Part shown: piece after piece, positions 18,508-28,018 of the stretch
Layout of the letters: each line of letters begins with the position of its first letter
How positions within the stretch are numbered: position 1 is the stretch's first letter
Notes under the pieces: generated by a model
What the model was told of the DNA's origin: nothing
The model's input: only the letters and a program-made list of their open reading frames with translations
The model's database searches: none
NCBI GenBank assembly: GCA_965199955.1
Contig: CBDATQ010000002.1
Location: 320,001 to 384,000 of the forward strand
DNA: 64,000 bases
Direction of reading: 5' to 3'
From: Spirochaetia bacterium
GTDB taxonomy: Bacteria; Spirochaetota; Spirochaetia; SZUA-6; Bin103
Position numbers and translations under genes: made by a program

Positions 18508-19904
18508 TGCAGGTTGGCGGAGTGCTGGCTGGCGGAGGGCGCGCGACGATCGAGTTCACCCGCCTCCGGGTGCCGATGATGATCCTGTCGCTCGTGGTCA
18601 TCGTGGCCGGACTGGCGGTCACCGTTCAGCGCGGCTTCAATCTCTCGGTCGACTTGGCGGGCGGCCTGTCGCAGCAGATCCAGATCGCTCGTCCGGCGCT
18701 GATCGTGGAACTGCAGGCGGGGACGGAGCTGGAGGTCGTGGTGCAGCAAACCACCGAACGGGTCCTCGTCCGCACCACCGACGTGCTCGGACAGACGCCT
18801 CTGGCCTTCGCCGACTACCCGTCGCTCGGGGAGATGGCCGACGCGTTCGCCGCGATTTCGGGCGTCACGGCCGCCACGGCGCTGGAGCCGGGACTGGCCT
18901 CCGACGAACTCCTTGCCGAGAGCCCGCGGCCGCAGGACGGCCGCCTGGTTCTGCACGCGGGGGCGGACGGCGACGAGCCGCTGTCGATCGACGCGGTGCG
19001 CGCCGCGCTCTTCTCCCTGGAGAAGTTCCAGATCAAGACCATCGGGGCGCTGGCCGACCAGCAGTTCGTGATCCGCGTGGAGGTAGCTTCGGACGACGAT
19101 ACGGAGTTGCAGGCGGTCCAGGAGCGGGTGCGGGCTCTGCTGGCAGACGAATTCGGTGATGACAGCCTGATCGTCCGGTCCACCGATTTCGTCGGCAGGC
19201 GGTTCTCGCAGATCCTCAGCCAGCAGGCGGTGTGGCTGGTCGTGGTCGCGTTGCTGCTCATCATGGTGTACGTCGGCTTCCGCTTTCGCCCGGAGTACTC
19301 GGTCGCGGCGCTGGTGGCCGTCGCCCATGACGTGCTGGTGATGATCGGCATTCTCGGCACCTTCCAGCTCGAGGTCTCCACCGCCACGATTGCGGCCCTG
19401 CTGACCATCGTCGGGTACTCCCTGAACGACACCATCGTCATCTTCGACCGCGTTCGCGAGAACGTGTCGCTCATGCGCGACACCGGCCTGCGCCGGGTGA
19501 TCGACACGAGCATCACGCAGTCTCTGTCGCGCACCCTCATCACCTCCTTGACGACCCTGCTGGCGGTGGTCGCCATTTACGTCTTTGCGACCGGGCCGAT
19601 CCAGACATTCGCCCTGGCCGTGATCATCGGCGTGATCGTGGGCACCTACTCGTCGATGTACATCGCGTCGCCGATCGTTCTGCTGCTGCAGCGCGGCCGG
19701 CGGCCGGCGGCCGGCGGCCGCGCCTCCTCCGCCTCAGCGCGGCCGAAGCCGGACGAGCCAGGTCCGGAGCCGGGAAGGGCGCCCGCCGCGACCGCGGCGG
19801 CCACGGCAACCGACGCTCAGCCCCCCGCGGCTTCACCTCGGCCGTCGGGCCCGCGGGTGCAGCCGGTCAGCAAGCGGCGCAACAAGAAGCGTAAGGGCAA
19901 GTAG
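18507..19904 (+). CDS. secF: Protein translocase subunit SecF
   Basis: ATG overlaps the secD TAA (TAATG); SVDLAGG, HDV, GYSLNDTIVIFDRVREN, GTYSS. Confidence 0.96.
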   Translation: MQVGGVLAGGGRATIEFTRLRVPMMILSLVVIVAGLAVTVQRGFNLSVDLAGGLSQQIQIARPALIVELQAGTELEVVVQQTTERVLVRTTDVLGQTPLAFADYPSLGEMADAFAAISGVTAATALEPGLASDELLAESPRPQDGRLVLHAGADGDEPLSIDAVRAALFSLEKFQIKTIGALADQQFVIRVEVASDDDTELQAVQERVRALLADEFGDDSLIVRSTDFVGRRFSQILSQQAVWLVVVALLLIMVYVGFRFRPEYSVAALVAVAHDVLVMIGILGTFQLEVSTATIAALLTIVGYSLNDTIVIFDRVRENVSLMRDTGLRRVIDTSITQSLSRTLITSLTTLLAVVAIYVFATGPIQTFALAVIIGVIVGTYSSMYIASPIVLLLQRGRRPAAGGRASSASARPKPDEPGPEPGRAPAATAAATATDAQPPAASPRPSGPRVQPVSKRRNKKRKGK

Positions 19905-19923
19905 CTCTCCAGCTCTCGGCCGC

Positions 19924-21255
19924 TCAGGACTTTCGGGGCTTCGAACGGGCAGCACGGGTGAGCAGGACGAGCTTTTCCACGGCCGACGCCACCAGCACGC
20001 CGGCGAGTGCGAGTTCCAGCAGGGTGCGCAGCACGGGCAGCATCCCCGCCGAAAGCACTGCCGGCGCCGCGAGCGCGGCCGCCAGCTCCGCCGCCAGCAG
20101 CACCATGCCGGCCGCAATCGACGCCTTTCCCAATCGGGTAGCCGACGGCAGCGGCCGCCCTGCCCACACCATCCAGGAGACCGCGACGGACTGGACGGTG
20201 AGCCGCACGACCAGCACCGCGAACACCCACGGTGTGCCGATGCCGAAGATCAACAACAGGATCGCCGCCGTTCCCAGCAGCAGGTAGTCGGTGGAGGAGT
20301 CCAGGTAGGAGCCGATGCGCGTCACCTGGCCCCTGCGCCGCGCCAGCGCGCCGTCGGCCAGGTCGGTGAGCAGGACGACCGACAGCAGCGCGATCACCGG
20401 CCACACCGGAGCGGTCCCGTCGGCTGCGGCAATGATGAGCAGGACCACGGTGGGGATCGAGGTCAGCCGCGCGAGCGTGAGCACGTTCGAGGGGTTGATT
20501 CTCGATAGCACGGGGCCGTCGAGGAGCGCGAAGTCGCATCGGCGCTTCAGGAGCAGGAAGATCAGCGCGCCGGCCACCATCGTGTGCAGCAGGGCGTACG
20601 GGAGCACGCTGGCCGTCACGCCGAGGTCGGCGGCAACCGCCACGATCGCCATCTGCAGAAGCCACAGGCTCAGGCACGTCGCGATGATGCTGAGCGTGAG
20701 TGCGTCCCAACCGCGGCATGTCCCGATCGGATCGACGTACCAGTACAGGGACACGATCGACAGTACCGCCGCGGCGCCAACCAAGGGCACCGCCACGCGG
20801 CGTGCGTGCTCGGGCTCGACCAGCAGCACCACCAGCACCACGATCGCCGCGCCGGCCTGCAGGACGGTCTTGAGCTTGCCGATCGGCCGCGCTCCGGCGT
20901 CGATTCGCAGGCGCAGCAGTACCGGCCGGATGAGTCCGTGCATCGCCGCTTCGCGAGCCGCGATCAGCGCCGGCACCCACGACGGGAGCACCCCGCGGAT
21001 CCCCAGACCCACGAAGAGCGCCACGAACACCATCGCATCGGTGAGTGCGTCGGCCACCTTGCCGAACCGCGAAACGACAGCGAAGCGCCGCGCGACCGCG
21101 CCATCGAGATAGTCGGTCACCACAGCGACGCCCGCGAGGACCAGCGCAAGGCCGGGTCCGCCACCGACGTCGCCGGCAAGCGCGATCAGGATCAGCGGTG
21201 CCAGGGCGCCCCTGCTCAGGGTCAGCGCGTTGGCGGTGGTGCGGGCGATGTCCAT
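19924..21255 (-). CDS. Tandem two-domain CDP-alcohol phosphatidyltransferase
   Basis: Two PgsA-like units, each with NxLTLxR and DxxDGxxAR...GxxxDxxxD (DYLDGAVARR...GKVADALTD; DLADGALARR...GSYLDSSTD). Confidence 0.9.
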   Translation of the reverse strand: MDIARTTANALTLSRGALAPLILIALAGDVGGGPGLALVLAGVAVVTDYLDGAVARRFAVVSRFGKVADALTDAMVFVALFVGLGIRGVLPSWVPALIAAREAAMHGLIRPVLLRLRIDAGARPIGKLKTVLQAGAAIVVLVVLLVEPEHARRVAVPLVGAAAVLSIVSLYWYVDPIGTCRGWDALTLSIIATCLSLWLLQMAIVAVAADLGVTASVLPYALLHTMVAGALIFLLLKRRCDFALLDGPVLSRINPSNVLTLARLTSIPTVVLLIIAAADGTAPVWPVIALLSVVLLTDLADGALARRRGQVTRIGSYLDSSTDYLLLGTAAILLLIFGIGTPWVFAVLVVRLTVQSVAVSWMVWAGRPLPSATRLGKASIAAGMVLLAAELAAALAAPAVLSAGMLPVLRTLLELALAGVLVASAVEKLVLLTRAARSKPRKS

Positions 21256-21337
21256 GGGTGGTGTCGGAGGTGATTATGATCCGATGGTGGTCCCACACGC
21301 ACGTCGATCTGAGGTATCATGTAACCGTCGAGAGTCG

Positions 21338-21411
<74 letters not shown>

Positions 21412-21483
21412 GGATGACTTTGAACCCGCTCGGCCGCCGGTTGCGTGCTGCCGGCGCGGCGGGCGATTGACCGGGGGTGCGCC

Positions 21484-21669
21484 GTGTCCAAAACATACGT
21501 CGAGACCTCGTCCGACCTGTTGGCCGGGATCGACCGCATGGTCAAGGACGGCTTCTATCACGACCGCACCGAGGCGGTGAACGATGCCATTCAGCAACTG
21601 CTGAAGGCGTACAAGCTGTCGAAGCTGCACATGAAGGACGAGCGGCGTACGGAAGGAGCCGTCCTCTGA
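21484..21669 (+). CDS. Small ribbon-helix-helix (CopG/ParD-like) protein
   Basis: 61 aa: strand (KTYVET), helix (DLLAGIDRMVKDG), FYHDRTEAVNDAIQQLL resembling the G-x-Y-x-x-R-S-E-x-x-R-x-A pattern. Confidence 0.7.
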   Translation: MSKTYVETSSDLLAGIDRMVKDGFYHDRTEAVNDAIQQLLKAYKLSKLHMKDERRTEGAVL

Positions 21670-21672
21670 CGG

Positions 21673-22383
21673 ATGCATGACCGCGGCCGGCGGTCGGCCG
21701 TGTCAGGCAGAGCCGTGCCAGGCTCCGACCACCGGGATGCCCGCCGTATGGTGCACCGCCAGTTGCAGAGTCGCGGGATCACGGATCGAGGCGTTATCAC
21801 GGCGATGAAGTGGATTCCGCGCCACCGTTTCGTCACGTTCGCTGCGCGCTGCGGCTGCTACGAGGATCATCCTGTGCCGATCGGCTTCGGACAGACCATG
21901 TCGCAGCCGTTCATCGTGGGCCTGATGACCGAGATGCTCGAGCTCACCGGCCGGGAGCGCATTCTGGAGGTCGGGACCGGCAGCGGCTACCAGACGGCGA
22001 TCCTGGCTGAACTTGCCGGCCATGTGTGGTCGGTGGAGATCCTCCCGGAACTGCAGCATCGCGCCAGAAGGGTCCTGGCTGACCTGGGGTTCTCCAACGT
22101 CGAGTTTCGTATCGGCGACGGCGGGATGGGGTGGCCGGAGTCGGCTCCGTACGACCGCATCCTGGTTGCGGCGGCTTCCTCGTCGGTACCGCGACCGCTG
22201 GTCGAGCAGCTCGCGGACGGAGGCGTGCTGCTGATGCCGGTCGGGGAGCCCGACGGCTACCAGGTGATGACCACGATCCGTCGCCGCGGCAACGCGACGC
22301 AGACTACCCGCGGCGTGGACTGCCGATTCGTGCCGTTGCGCGCGAACACGGTGTCCGCAGCCGCGCCGGGACGGGAGTCCTGA
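21673..22383 (+). CDS. pcm: Protein-L-isoaspartate O-methyltransferase
   Basis: IGFGQTMSQP, ILEVGTGSGYQTA, APYDRI, CRFVPL. Confidence 0.95.
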   Translation: MHDRGRRSAVSGRAVPGSDHRDARRMVHRQLQSRGITDRGVITAMKWIPRHRFVTFAARCGCYEDHPVPIGFGQTMSQPFIVGLMTEMLELTGRERILEVGTGSGYQTAILAELAGHVWSVEILPELQHRARRVLADLGFSNVEFRIGDGGMGWPESAPYDRILVAAASSSVPRPLVEQLADGGVLLMPVGEPDGYQVMTTIRRRGNATQTTRGVDCRFVPLRANTVSAAAPGRES

Positions 22384-23463
22384 GTGAACCGGGTTCCCGT
22401 GTTTCGGCCGACGGTTCGCCGCGACGAGATGGACAGCGTCCTCGGCTGCCTGGTCACCGATGAGATCGGCCCCGGGGACCGGGCCCGCGAGCTCGTCGCC
22501 GCGGTGGCGGGCGTCCTGGGCATGGCCGGCGGCATCGCGCTGGCGGACTACCGAATGGCGCTCGCATGTGCCCTCACGACCATCGATGTTCCGGGCGGAT
22601 CGCGCGTGCTGTGCTCGGCGCTGGCTCCGCGTGCGCACCGGGACGCCGTGGAGGCGAGCGGCCTGATGCCCGTGGTGGTGGATGTAAGCGCCGACTCCGG
22701 CGTGATCGACCTCGACGCGGCGGACGAGGCTCGTGGGGGAGCGTGCGCGGCACTGCTGGACCATACCCTTGGATTCGTTCCCGACTTGACGCGCGTGGGC
22801 GGCTGGGATCTGCCGGTGATCGAGGACGCTACCTGCTCGCTTGGGGGGTACGGTGGCGACGCGGCGCCGGGGCCTCGCGCTGACCTGGTGGTCGTTTCGT
22901 TGGCGGCAACCGCGCTGTTGACGGCGGCGGGAGGTGCGCTGTTGCTCTGCCGTACGAAATCCCTGCTCGCGTCCGCCCGGGAGGCGGCCGAGGACCGCTC
23001 CGAGCCGCTGGCTGACCTCAACGCCGCCCTGGCGCTCGCCCAGCTCAAACGCTATGACGACGACATGCAGACGCGGCGTGGCATCCGGGACGCGTACCAC
23101 GCGTCGATCACGCGTACCCGCCACCGCACGCTGAGCCTTCCCCCCGGCGCGGACGAGAACCTGCAGGTGCCGTTCTCCTATCCGGTGGTGGTCGCCGATG
23201 GCGCTCGTGACGTGCAGCGTTACGCGGCGCGAGCCCGCATCGACACCCGTTCGGCCTATGGAGGTTCGATCGTCGCCGCAGGGGGCGCGACGAACGGCGC
23301 GGCCGCTGTCGTGCCCGACGAAGCCCCGGACGATGCGCACGCTGCTGGCGCGTGTCCTGCCGCCGACTCGCTGGCACGGCGCTGCGTGCTGTTTCCGTTG
23401 TACCCGCTGCTCGGTGACGGGCAGGTCGAGGTCGTCGCCAAGGTGCTGGCGACGCTGCCGTAG
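22384..23463 (+). CDS. DegT/DnrJ/EryC1/StrS-fold protein lacking the PLP lysine
   Basis: PVVVDV, LPVIEDAT, DLNAALALAQL, LFPLYP; the usual SF..K..T.GEGG segment reads SLAATALLTAAGG. Confidence 0.8.
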   Translation: MNRVPVFRPTVRRDEMDSVLGCLVTDEIGPGDRARELVAAVAGVLGMAGGIALADYRMALACALTTIDVPGGSRVLCSALAPRAHRDAVEASGLMPVVVDVSADSGVIDLDAADEARGGACAALLDHTLGFVPDLTRVGGWDLPVIEDATCSLGGYGGDAAPGPRADLVVVSLAATALLTAAGGALLLCRTKSLLASAREAAEDRSEPLADLNAALALAQLKRYDDDMQTRRGIRDAYHASITRTRHRTLSLPPGADENLQVPFSYPVVVADGARDVQRYAARARIDTRSAYGGSIVAAGGATNGAAAVVPDEAPDDAHAAGACPAADSLARRCVLFPLYPLLGDGQVEVVAKVLATLP

Positions 23464-23488
23464 TGATCGCCGGCACGGAACGTGAACG

Positions 23489-24340
23489 GTGGCGCGCGAC
23501 GTGAACGTGACCCGAGCGCTTCTGGTGCACAAACCCGGCAATCCCGATGCGGAGTTCGTGGACGAAGTCGCCGACTACCTCCATCACAGATCGGTGCAGG
23601 CGGACCGGATCGAGGCCGATCCGCGCGCCCACTGCGCCGCGCCCCCGGACATCGCCCTGTCGCTCGGCGGCGACGGCACGCTGCTCACGTGCGCGCGGAT
23701 CGTGGCGGAGCTGGAGACGCCCATTCTGCCGGTCAATCTCGGAACCCTGGGGTTCATCACGGAGATCGCCAAGACGGAGTGGAAGGACGCGTTCGAGCGC
23801 TACCGCAGCGGATGGCTGGCGGTCAGCCCCCGCCTGATGGTGGTGGCGACCGTACTGCGGGCCGGTCGGGAGGTCGCGCTTCTGCCCGGACTCAACGATG
23901 CCGTCATCTCCACCGGCGGTACGCCCAAGATCACCCGGCTGCAGGTCGCGTTGTCCGGAACTGCGGTTGGCCGCTACCGCGCGGACGGGGTCATCCTTGC
24001 TACGCCGACCGGCTCCACCGCCTACTCGATGGCGGCCGGCGGTCCCATACTGCACCCGGAGATGCAGGCGCTGGTGCTCAACCCGGTCTGCCCGTTCACG
24101 CTCTCCAATCGCCCGCTCGTGGTTCCCGCCGACGAGGTCGTGGAGATCACGGTGGAAGAGCCGCAGCGCACCGAAGTCATGCTGACCGTTGACGGGCAGG
24201 AGCCGCTTCCACTGCAACCGGGCGACCGCGTCGTGCTCAGGCGCTACGAGCATTCGGCGCTGATCATCCAGTCTGACCGGAGGAATTTCTACGAGGTGTT
24301 GCGGCACAAGCTGTACTGGGCGGGGGAGCCGGGTGCTTGA
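23489..24340 (+). CDS. nadK: NAD kinase
   Basis: SLGGDGTLL, NLGTLGF, LND, DGVILATPTGSTAYSMAAGGP. Confidence 0.96.
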   Translation: MARDVNVTRALLVHKPGNPDAEFVDEVADYLHHRSVQADRIEADPRAHCAAPPDIALSLGGDGTLLTCARIVAELETPILPVNLGTLGFITEIAKTEWKDAFERYRSGWLAVSPRLMVVATVLRAGREVALLPGLNDAVISTGGTPKITRLQVALSGTAVGRYRADGVILATPTGSTAYSMAAGGPILHPEMQALVLNPVCPFTLSNRPLVVPADEVVEITVEEPQRTEVMLTVDGQEPLPLQPGDRVVLRRYEHSALIIQSDRRNFYEVLRHKLYWAGEPGA

Positions 24341-26021
24341 AGCGCTGCACATCCGCCACTATGCCCTGATCGACCGCCTCGACCTCACGTTCGGCCCCGG
24401 CCTCACCGCCATCACCGGCGAGACGGGGTCCGGCAAGTCGATCATCATCGGGGCGCTCGGAGTCGCCCTGGGCGCCCGCATGTCGGCCGAGGAAATCCGT
24501 TCGGGCTCCGACGTCTGCGAAGTGACCGCGGTGTTCGATCCTCCGCAGGGCCAGGAGATCGACCGGTGGCTCCGCTCGCGTTCGATCGAGCTCGATGAGG
24601 AGTCGCTGTTCATGCGGCGGATCGCCCGGCGGGGAGGCCGCGGAACGGCGTTCGTCCAGTCGGTACCGGTACCGCTGGCGGACTACGCCGAGCTCGGACG
24701 CATGTTGCTGGCGATCCACGGACAGCATCAGCACCAGGGCCTGCTGTCGGCGGCGGAGCACCGCCGGCTGCTGGACCGGTACGCCGACGTCGAGGAGCAG
24801 GTGGCTTCCATCGCGGCCGACACACGCCGTCTCACCGAGCTGGATCGTCGTCTGGATCGAATGCGGTCCGATATGGAGCGCTCCGCGCACGAACGCGAGC
24901 TGCTGCAACACGCGGCAGCGGAGATCGCCGGTGCGGAGCTGCGCGACGGCGAGGAGCAGGAGTTGTCCGATCGCCAGCGTGTGCTCCGCAGCGTGGAGCA
25001 GATCCAGCGGCTCCTGGCCGCCGCACGGACGGCGACCTCGGAGACACAGGGAGGCGCGGGCTCCGGTCTGCGCACCGCTCTGCAGGCGCTCGGCGAGCTG
25101 GCGGCCATCGACGGCCGCTTCGCCGCGCTCGCGCGTCAGGTGGAGACCGCGCTCTACGAGGTCGAGGACATCACCGATGCACTCGGCGATGCACTCGGCA
25201 GGGCCGAGAGCGAAACGGTGGACCCCGGTGAGCTGCTTGCGCTGGAGGATCGGCTGGCGGCGATCCGCACCGTGATCCGCAAGTACGGCGGCACCGAAGC
25301 CGCTGCGCTGGCACACGCCGACGACTGTCAGCGCCGGCTCGACGGCTTGGCGTCGAGCGGGCAAGAGCTGTCCCGGTATCGCGAGTTGGAGGCCGCGCTC
25401 GAGCGGTCGCGGCGCGCGGCGGCTACCGCGCTGAGCGCCGCTCGAGAGCGCGCGGCGGCGGACCTGGCGCGTTCCGTGCAGGATCAGTTGCGCCAGCTCG
25501 GCATGCCGCAGGCCGGGTTTGGGATATCGGTGACTCCGCACCCTGATGGGATCGGCGCGACGGGGGCTGATGTCGTGGAGTTTCTGCTCGAATCAAATCC
25601 CGGTGAAGGCCTTGCCCCGTTGCGTTCGATGGCCGCCGGCGGCGAGTTGTCTCGGGTGATGCTTGCGCTCAACGCGGTGCCGGCCCGCGCCCGTGGAACG
25701 GCGGCGGTGGTGTTCGACGAAATCGACGCCGGCGTCGGCGGGCAGATCGGCGTGGCGATCGGCGAGCGCCTGCGCTGGCTGGCGGAGCGCCAACAGGTGC
25801 TGTGCATCACGCACCTGGCGACCGTGGCAGCACGCGCGGACACGCACGTCAGAATCGAGAAACGCACCTCCGCGGAACGCAGCTCGGTGGGCGCCGCCGT
25901 CGTCGACGACGTGGCGCGGGTCGATGAGCTGTCCCGTATGCTTGCAGGCGACCACACCGAGGGGGCGACCTGGCAGCACGCTGCGCAGTTGCTGGAGACG
26001 GCGCGCCGCCAGGTCGACTGA
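24333..26021 (+). CDS. recN: DNA repair protein RecN
   Basis: Walker A GETGSGKS, IHGQH, signature AAGGELSR, Walker B FDEIDAG, CITHL. Confidence 0.95.
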   Translation: MLEALHIRHYALIDRLDLTFGPGLTAITGETGSGKSIIIGALGVALGARMSAEEIRSGSDVCEVTAVFDPPQGQEIDRWLRSRSIELDEESLFMRRIARRGGRGTAFVQSVPVPLADYAELGRMLLAIHGQHQHQGLLSAAEHRRLLDRYADVEEQVASIAADTRRLTELDRRLDRMRSDMERSAHERELLQHAAAEIAGAELRDGEEQELSDRQRVLRSVEQIQRLLAAARTATSETQGGAGSGLRTALQALGELAAIDGRFAALARQVETALYEVEDITDALGDALGRAESETVDPGELLALEDRLAAIRTVIRKYGGTEAAALAHADDCQRRLDGLASSGQELSRYRELEAALERSRRAAATALSAARERAAADLARSVQDQLRQLGMPQAGFGISVTPHPDGIGATGADVVEFLLESNPGEGLAPLRSMAAGGELSRVMLALNAVPARARGTAAVVFDEIDAGVGGQIGVAIGERLRWLAERQQVLCITHLATVAARADTHVRIEKRTSAERSSVGAAVVDDVARVDELSRMLAGDHTEGATWQHAAQLLETARRQVD

Positions 26022-26065
26022 CCGTCAGTCTCGCTGGCAGGTCAGCCTGGCCGCCCGGGGACCGG

Positions 26066-26398
26066 CTACAGGGACTGTTCCCCGCCGTCACCACCCGACC
26101 GCTCGTCCAGCTCTTCTCCCGAGGAGTCCTCCACCAGCGTGAACGGCCGGATGCGCGAGCCCGAGTCCGCTTCGAACTCCTCGATCAGGGAGACGGTCTG
26201 GAACGGGATCATCAGGTGCGAGGCGTCCCCGAAGGTACGCCTGATCTCCTCCTCGGAGGGATTGATGATCAGCTTCTCGTCTTCCTTGAAGACGATACCC
26301 TTTATCGACACGAAGTACGGATGGGTGAGGTCCAGGCTCTCCGCCACCAATTGTACCTCTTTGTTCCGCCACCTGAAGTGTACTCGATATAGGGTCAC
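26066..26398 (-). CDS. DUF1820-like protein
   Basis: YRVHF...FVSIKGIVF...IINPSEEEIRRTF...IPFQTVSLIEE; upstream TTGACA-N18-TACCCT on the minus strand. Confidence 0.75.
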   Translation of the reverse strand: MTLYRVHFRWRNKEVQLVAESLDLTHPYFVSIKGIVFKEDEKLIINPSEEEIRRTFGDASHLMIPFQTVSLIEEFEADSGSRIRPFTLVEDSSGEELDERSGGDGGEQSL

Positions 26399-26555
26399 GG
26401 GCTCTCTGCGTCGACGCTCGTCATAGGGTAAGGGCGCTTCCGCAACGGTGTCAAATCAGCCGCAGTTCGATCTCCATAACCCTACAAATGTTTACCATCA
26501 AAAATCGATGACCCTTGGTTGAGACACCGGGAGCGGCCCATCGGCCGTTCAGCAG

Positions 26556-26618
26556 TTGACATGTGGTGGGGGCTCCCTATTATAGGGAAGTTCGTGGGAG
26601 AAAGTGGGAGATCGTGGA
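26556..26618 (+). promoter_or_regulatory. dcw promoter with MraZ-binding GTGG(G) repeats
   Basis: TTGACA(26556)-N16-TATTAT; GTGGG at 26594 and 26604 and GTGGA at 26614 (10-bp period), typical MraZ boxes. Confidence 0.8.
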
Positions 26619-26678
26619 GGACCATCGGATGGCGGAGGACCATCGGAAACGGACTTTCGCGTCCCGTGAGCTAGAGGC

Positions 26679-27119
26679 GTGATTTCAGGCGAGTACCGAT
26701 ATGCGATGGATGAGAAGGGCCGCTTGATGGTGCCGGCGCCGATTCGCCGGTCCATAGCCGGCAACCTGGTCGTCCTGACGCGCGCGATCGACCGATGCCT
26801 GTGGCTCTTTGCTCCCGAGGAATGGAAGGCGGTGTCCGGAAAGCTGACCGGATCCTCATCACTGTTCCTGGCCAGGGACCGAATGCTGGGGCGCCGGTTC
26901 CTCGCTCCCGCGCAGGAGATCGAGATCGATCGGAGTGGGCGGATCGCCATCCCGCCAACCTTGCGCGACTACGCAGGACTGCACAAGGACTGCATCGTGC
27001 TCGGCATCAACAGTTACGTGGAGGTATGGGACGAGGAAGTCTACCGGGCTTATGAGCTGGAGACCGATGACCAGTACAAGGAGGCCGCCGAGGAGATCGG
27101 TGGCAGCATCACGCTCTGA
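26679..27119 (+). CDS. mraZ: Transcriptional regulator MraZ
   Basis: MDEKGRLMVP, IDRSGRIAIP, EVWD. Confidence 0.96.
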   Translation: MISGEYRYAMDEKGRLMVPAPIRRSIAGNLVVLTRAIDRCLWLFAPEEWKAVSGKLTGSSSLFLARDRMLGRRFLAPAQEIEIDRSGRIAIPPTLRDYAGLHKDCIVLGINSYVEVWDEEVYRAYELETDDQYKEAAEEIGGSITL

Positions 27120-28018
27120 ATGGAAATCATGGCACGGCCGATGATCCCGACGCACCGATTCACGTCCCGGTACTGCAACAGGCGGTGGTCGAGTACCTGC
27201 GGCCGCCCCGCCCGTGCAGCACGTTCGTGGACGTCACGCTCGGCGAAGCCGGTCACGCCATCGCGATGCTCGAGCGCTATCCGGATATCGCCCTGCTCGG
27301 GTCCGATGCCGACGAAGCGCTGCTGGCGCGAAGCCGAGGCCGGCTGGCCGGGTATGTCGGCCGCTTCGAGCTGCGGCAGGCGTGGTCCGACGAGGCGCTG
27401 GGGGATCTGGCCCCGGCCGCGGTGGATCTGATTCTCATGGACCTGGGAATGTGCCGGTTTCATATCGAGAGTGGCGCGCGTGGATTCTCGTTCCTGCGTG
27501 ACGAGCCGCTGGACATGCGTTTCGATCCGCGCCGGGGCGTCTCGGCCGCCGACATCGTGAATCGCGACTCGCCGGACCGTCTGTGCGATCTGCTCGTTCG
27601 CTATGGCGGTGACCGGAACGCGCGTGCGAACGCAGAGGCCATCGAGCACGCTCGTTCGCGGCACAGAATCGAAACCACCTATCAGCTCGTGCGCGCGATC
27701 CTGGCGCGCACCCCATGGCGTGGCGGCAGCCGTCATCCGGCCACACAGGTGTTCCAGGCACTGCGCGTGGCCGTCAACGACGAGGTCGGGAGGTTGCGGC
27801 GTTCGCTCGACGCCGCCGCTTCCGCTCTGCGACCGGGCGGTCGCCTTGCGGTGATCGCCTTTCACTCGATCGACGACGGCATCGTCAAGTGGTATCCGGC
27901 CGGCAATCCTCTCCTGGTCGCGCTGCACCGGCGGCCGGAGGCCCCGAGCGACGCCGAGGTGCGGGCCAATCCCGCGTCGCGCAGCGCCCGCCTGCGCGTG
28001 CTGGAGCGTGTGCGGTGA
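27116..28018 (+). CDS. rsmH: 16S rRNA m4C1402 methyltransferase
   Basis: HVPVL (upstream of the first GTG at 27185), DVTLGEAGH, RGFSF..DEPLDMR, HPATQVFQALR, NPASRSARLR. Start placed tentatively at the CTG overlapping the mraZ stop. Confidence 0.93.
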   Translation: MNGNHGTADDPDAPIHVPVLQQAVVEYLRPPRPCSTFVDVTLGEAGHAIAMLERYPDIALLGSDADEALLARSRGRLAGYVGRFELRQAWSDEALGDLAPAAVDLILMDLGMCRFHIESGARGFSFLRDEPLDMRFDPRRGVSAADIVNRDSPDRLCDLLVRYGGDRNARANAEAIEHARSRHRIETTYQLVRAILARTPWRGGSRHPATQVFQALRVAVNDEVGRLRRSLDAAASALRPGGRLAVIAFHSIDDGIVKWYPAGNPLLVALHRRPEAPSDAEVRANPASRSARLRVLERVR

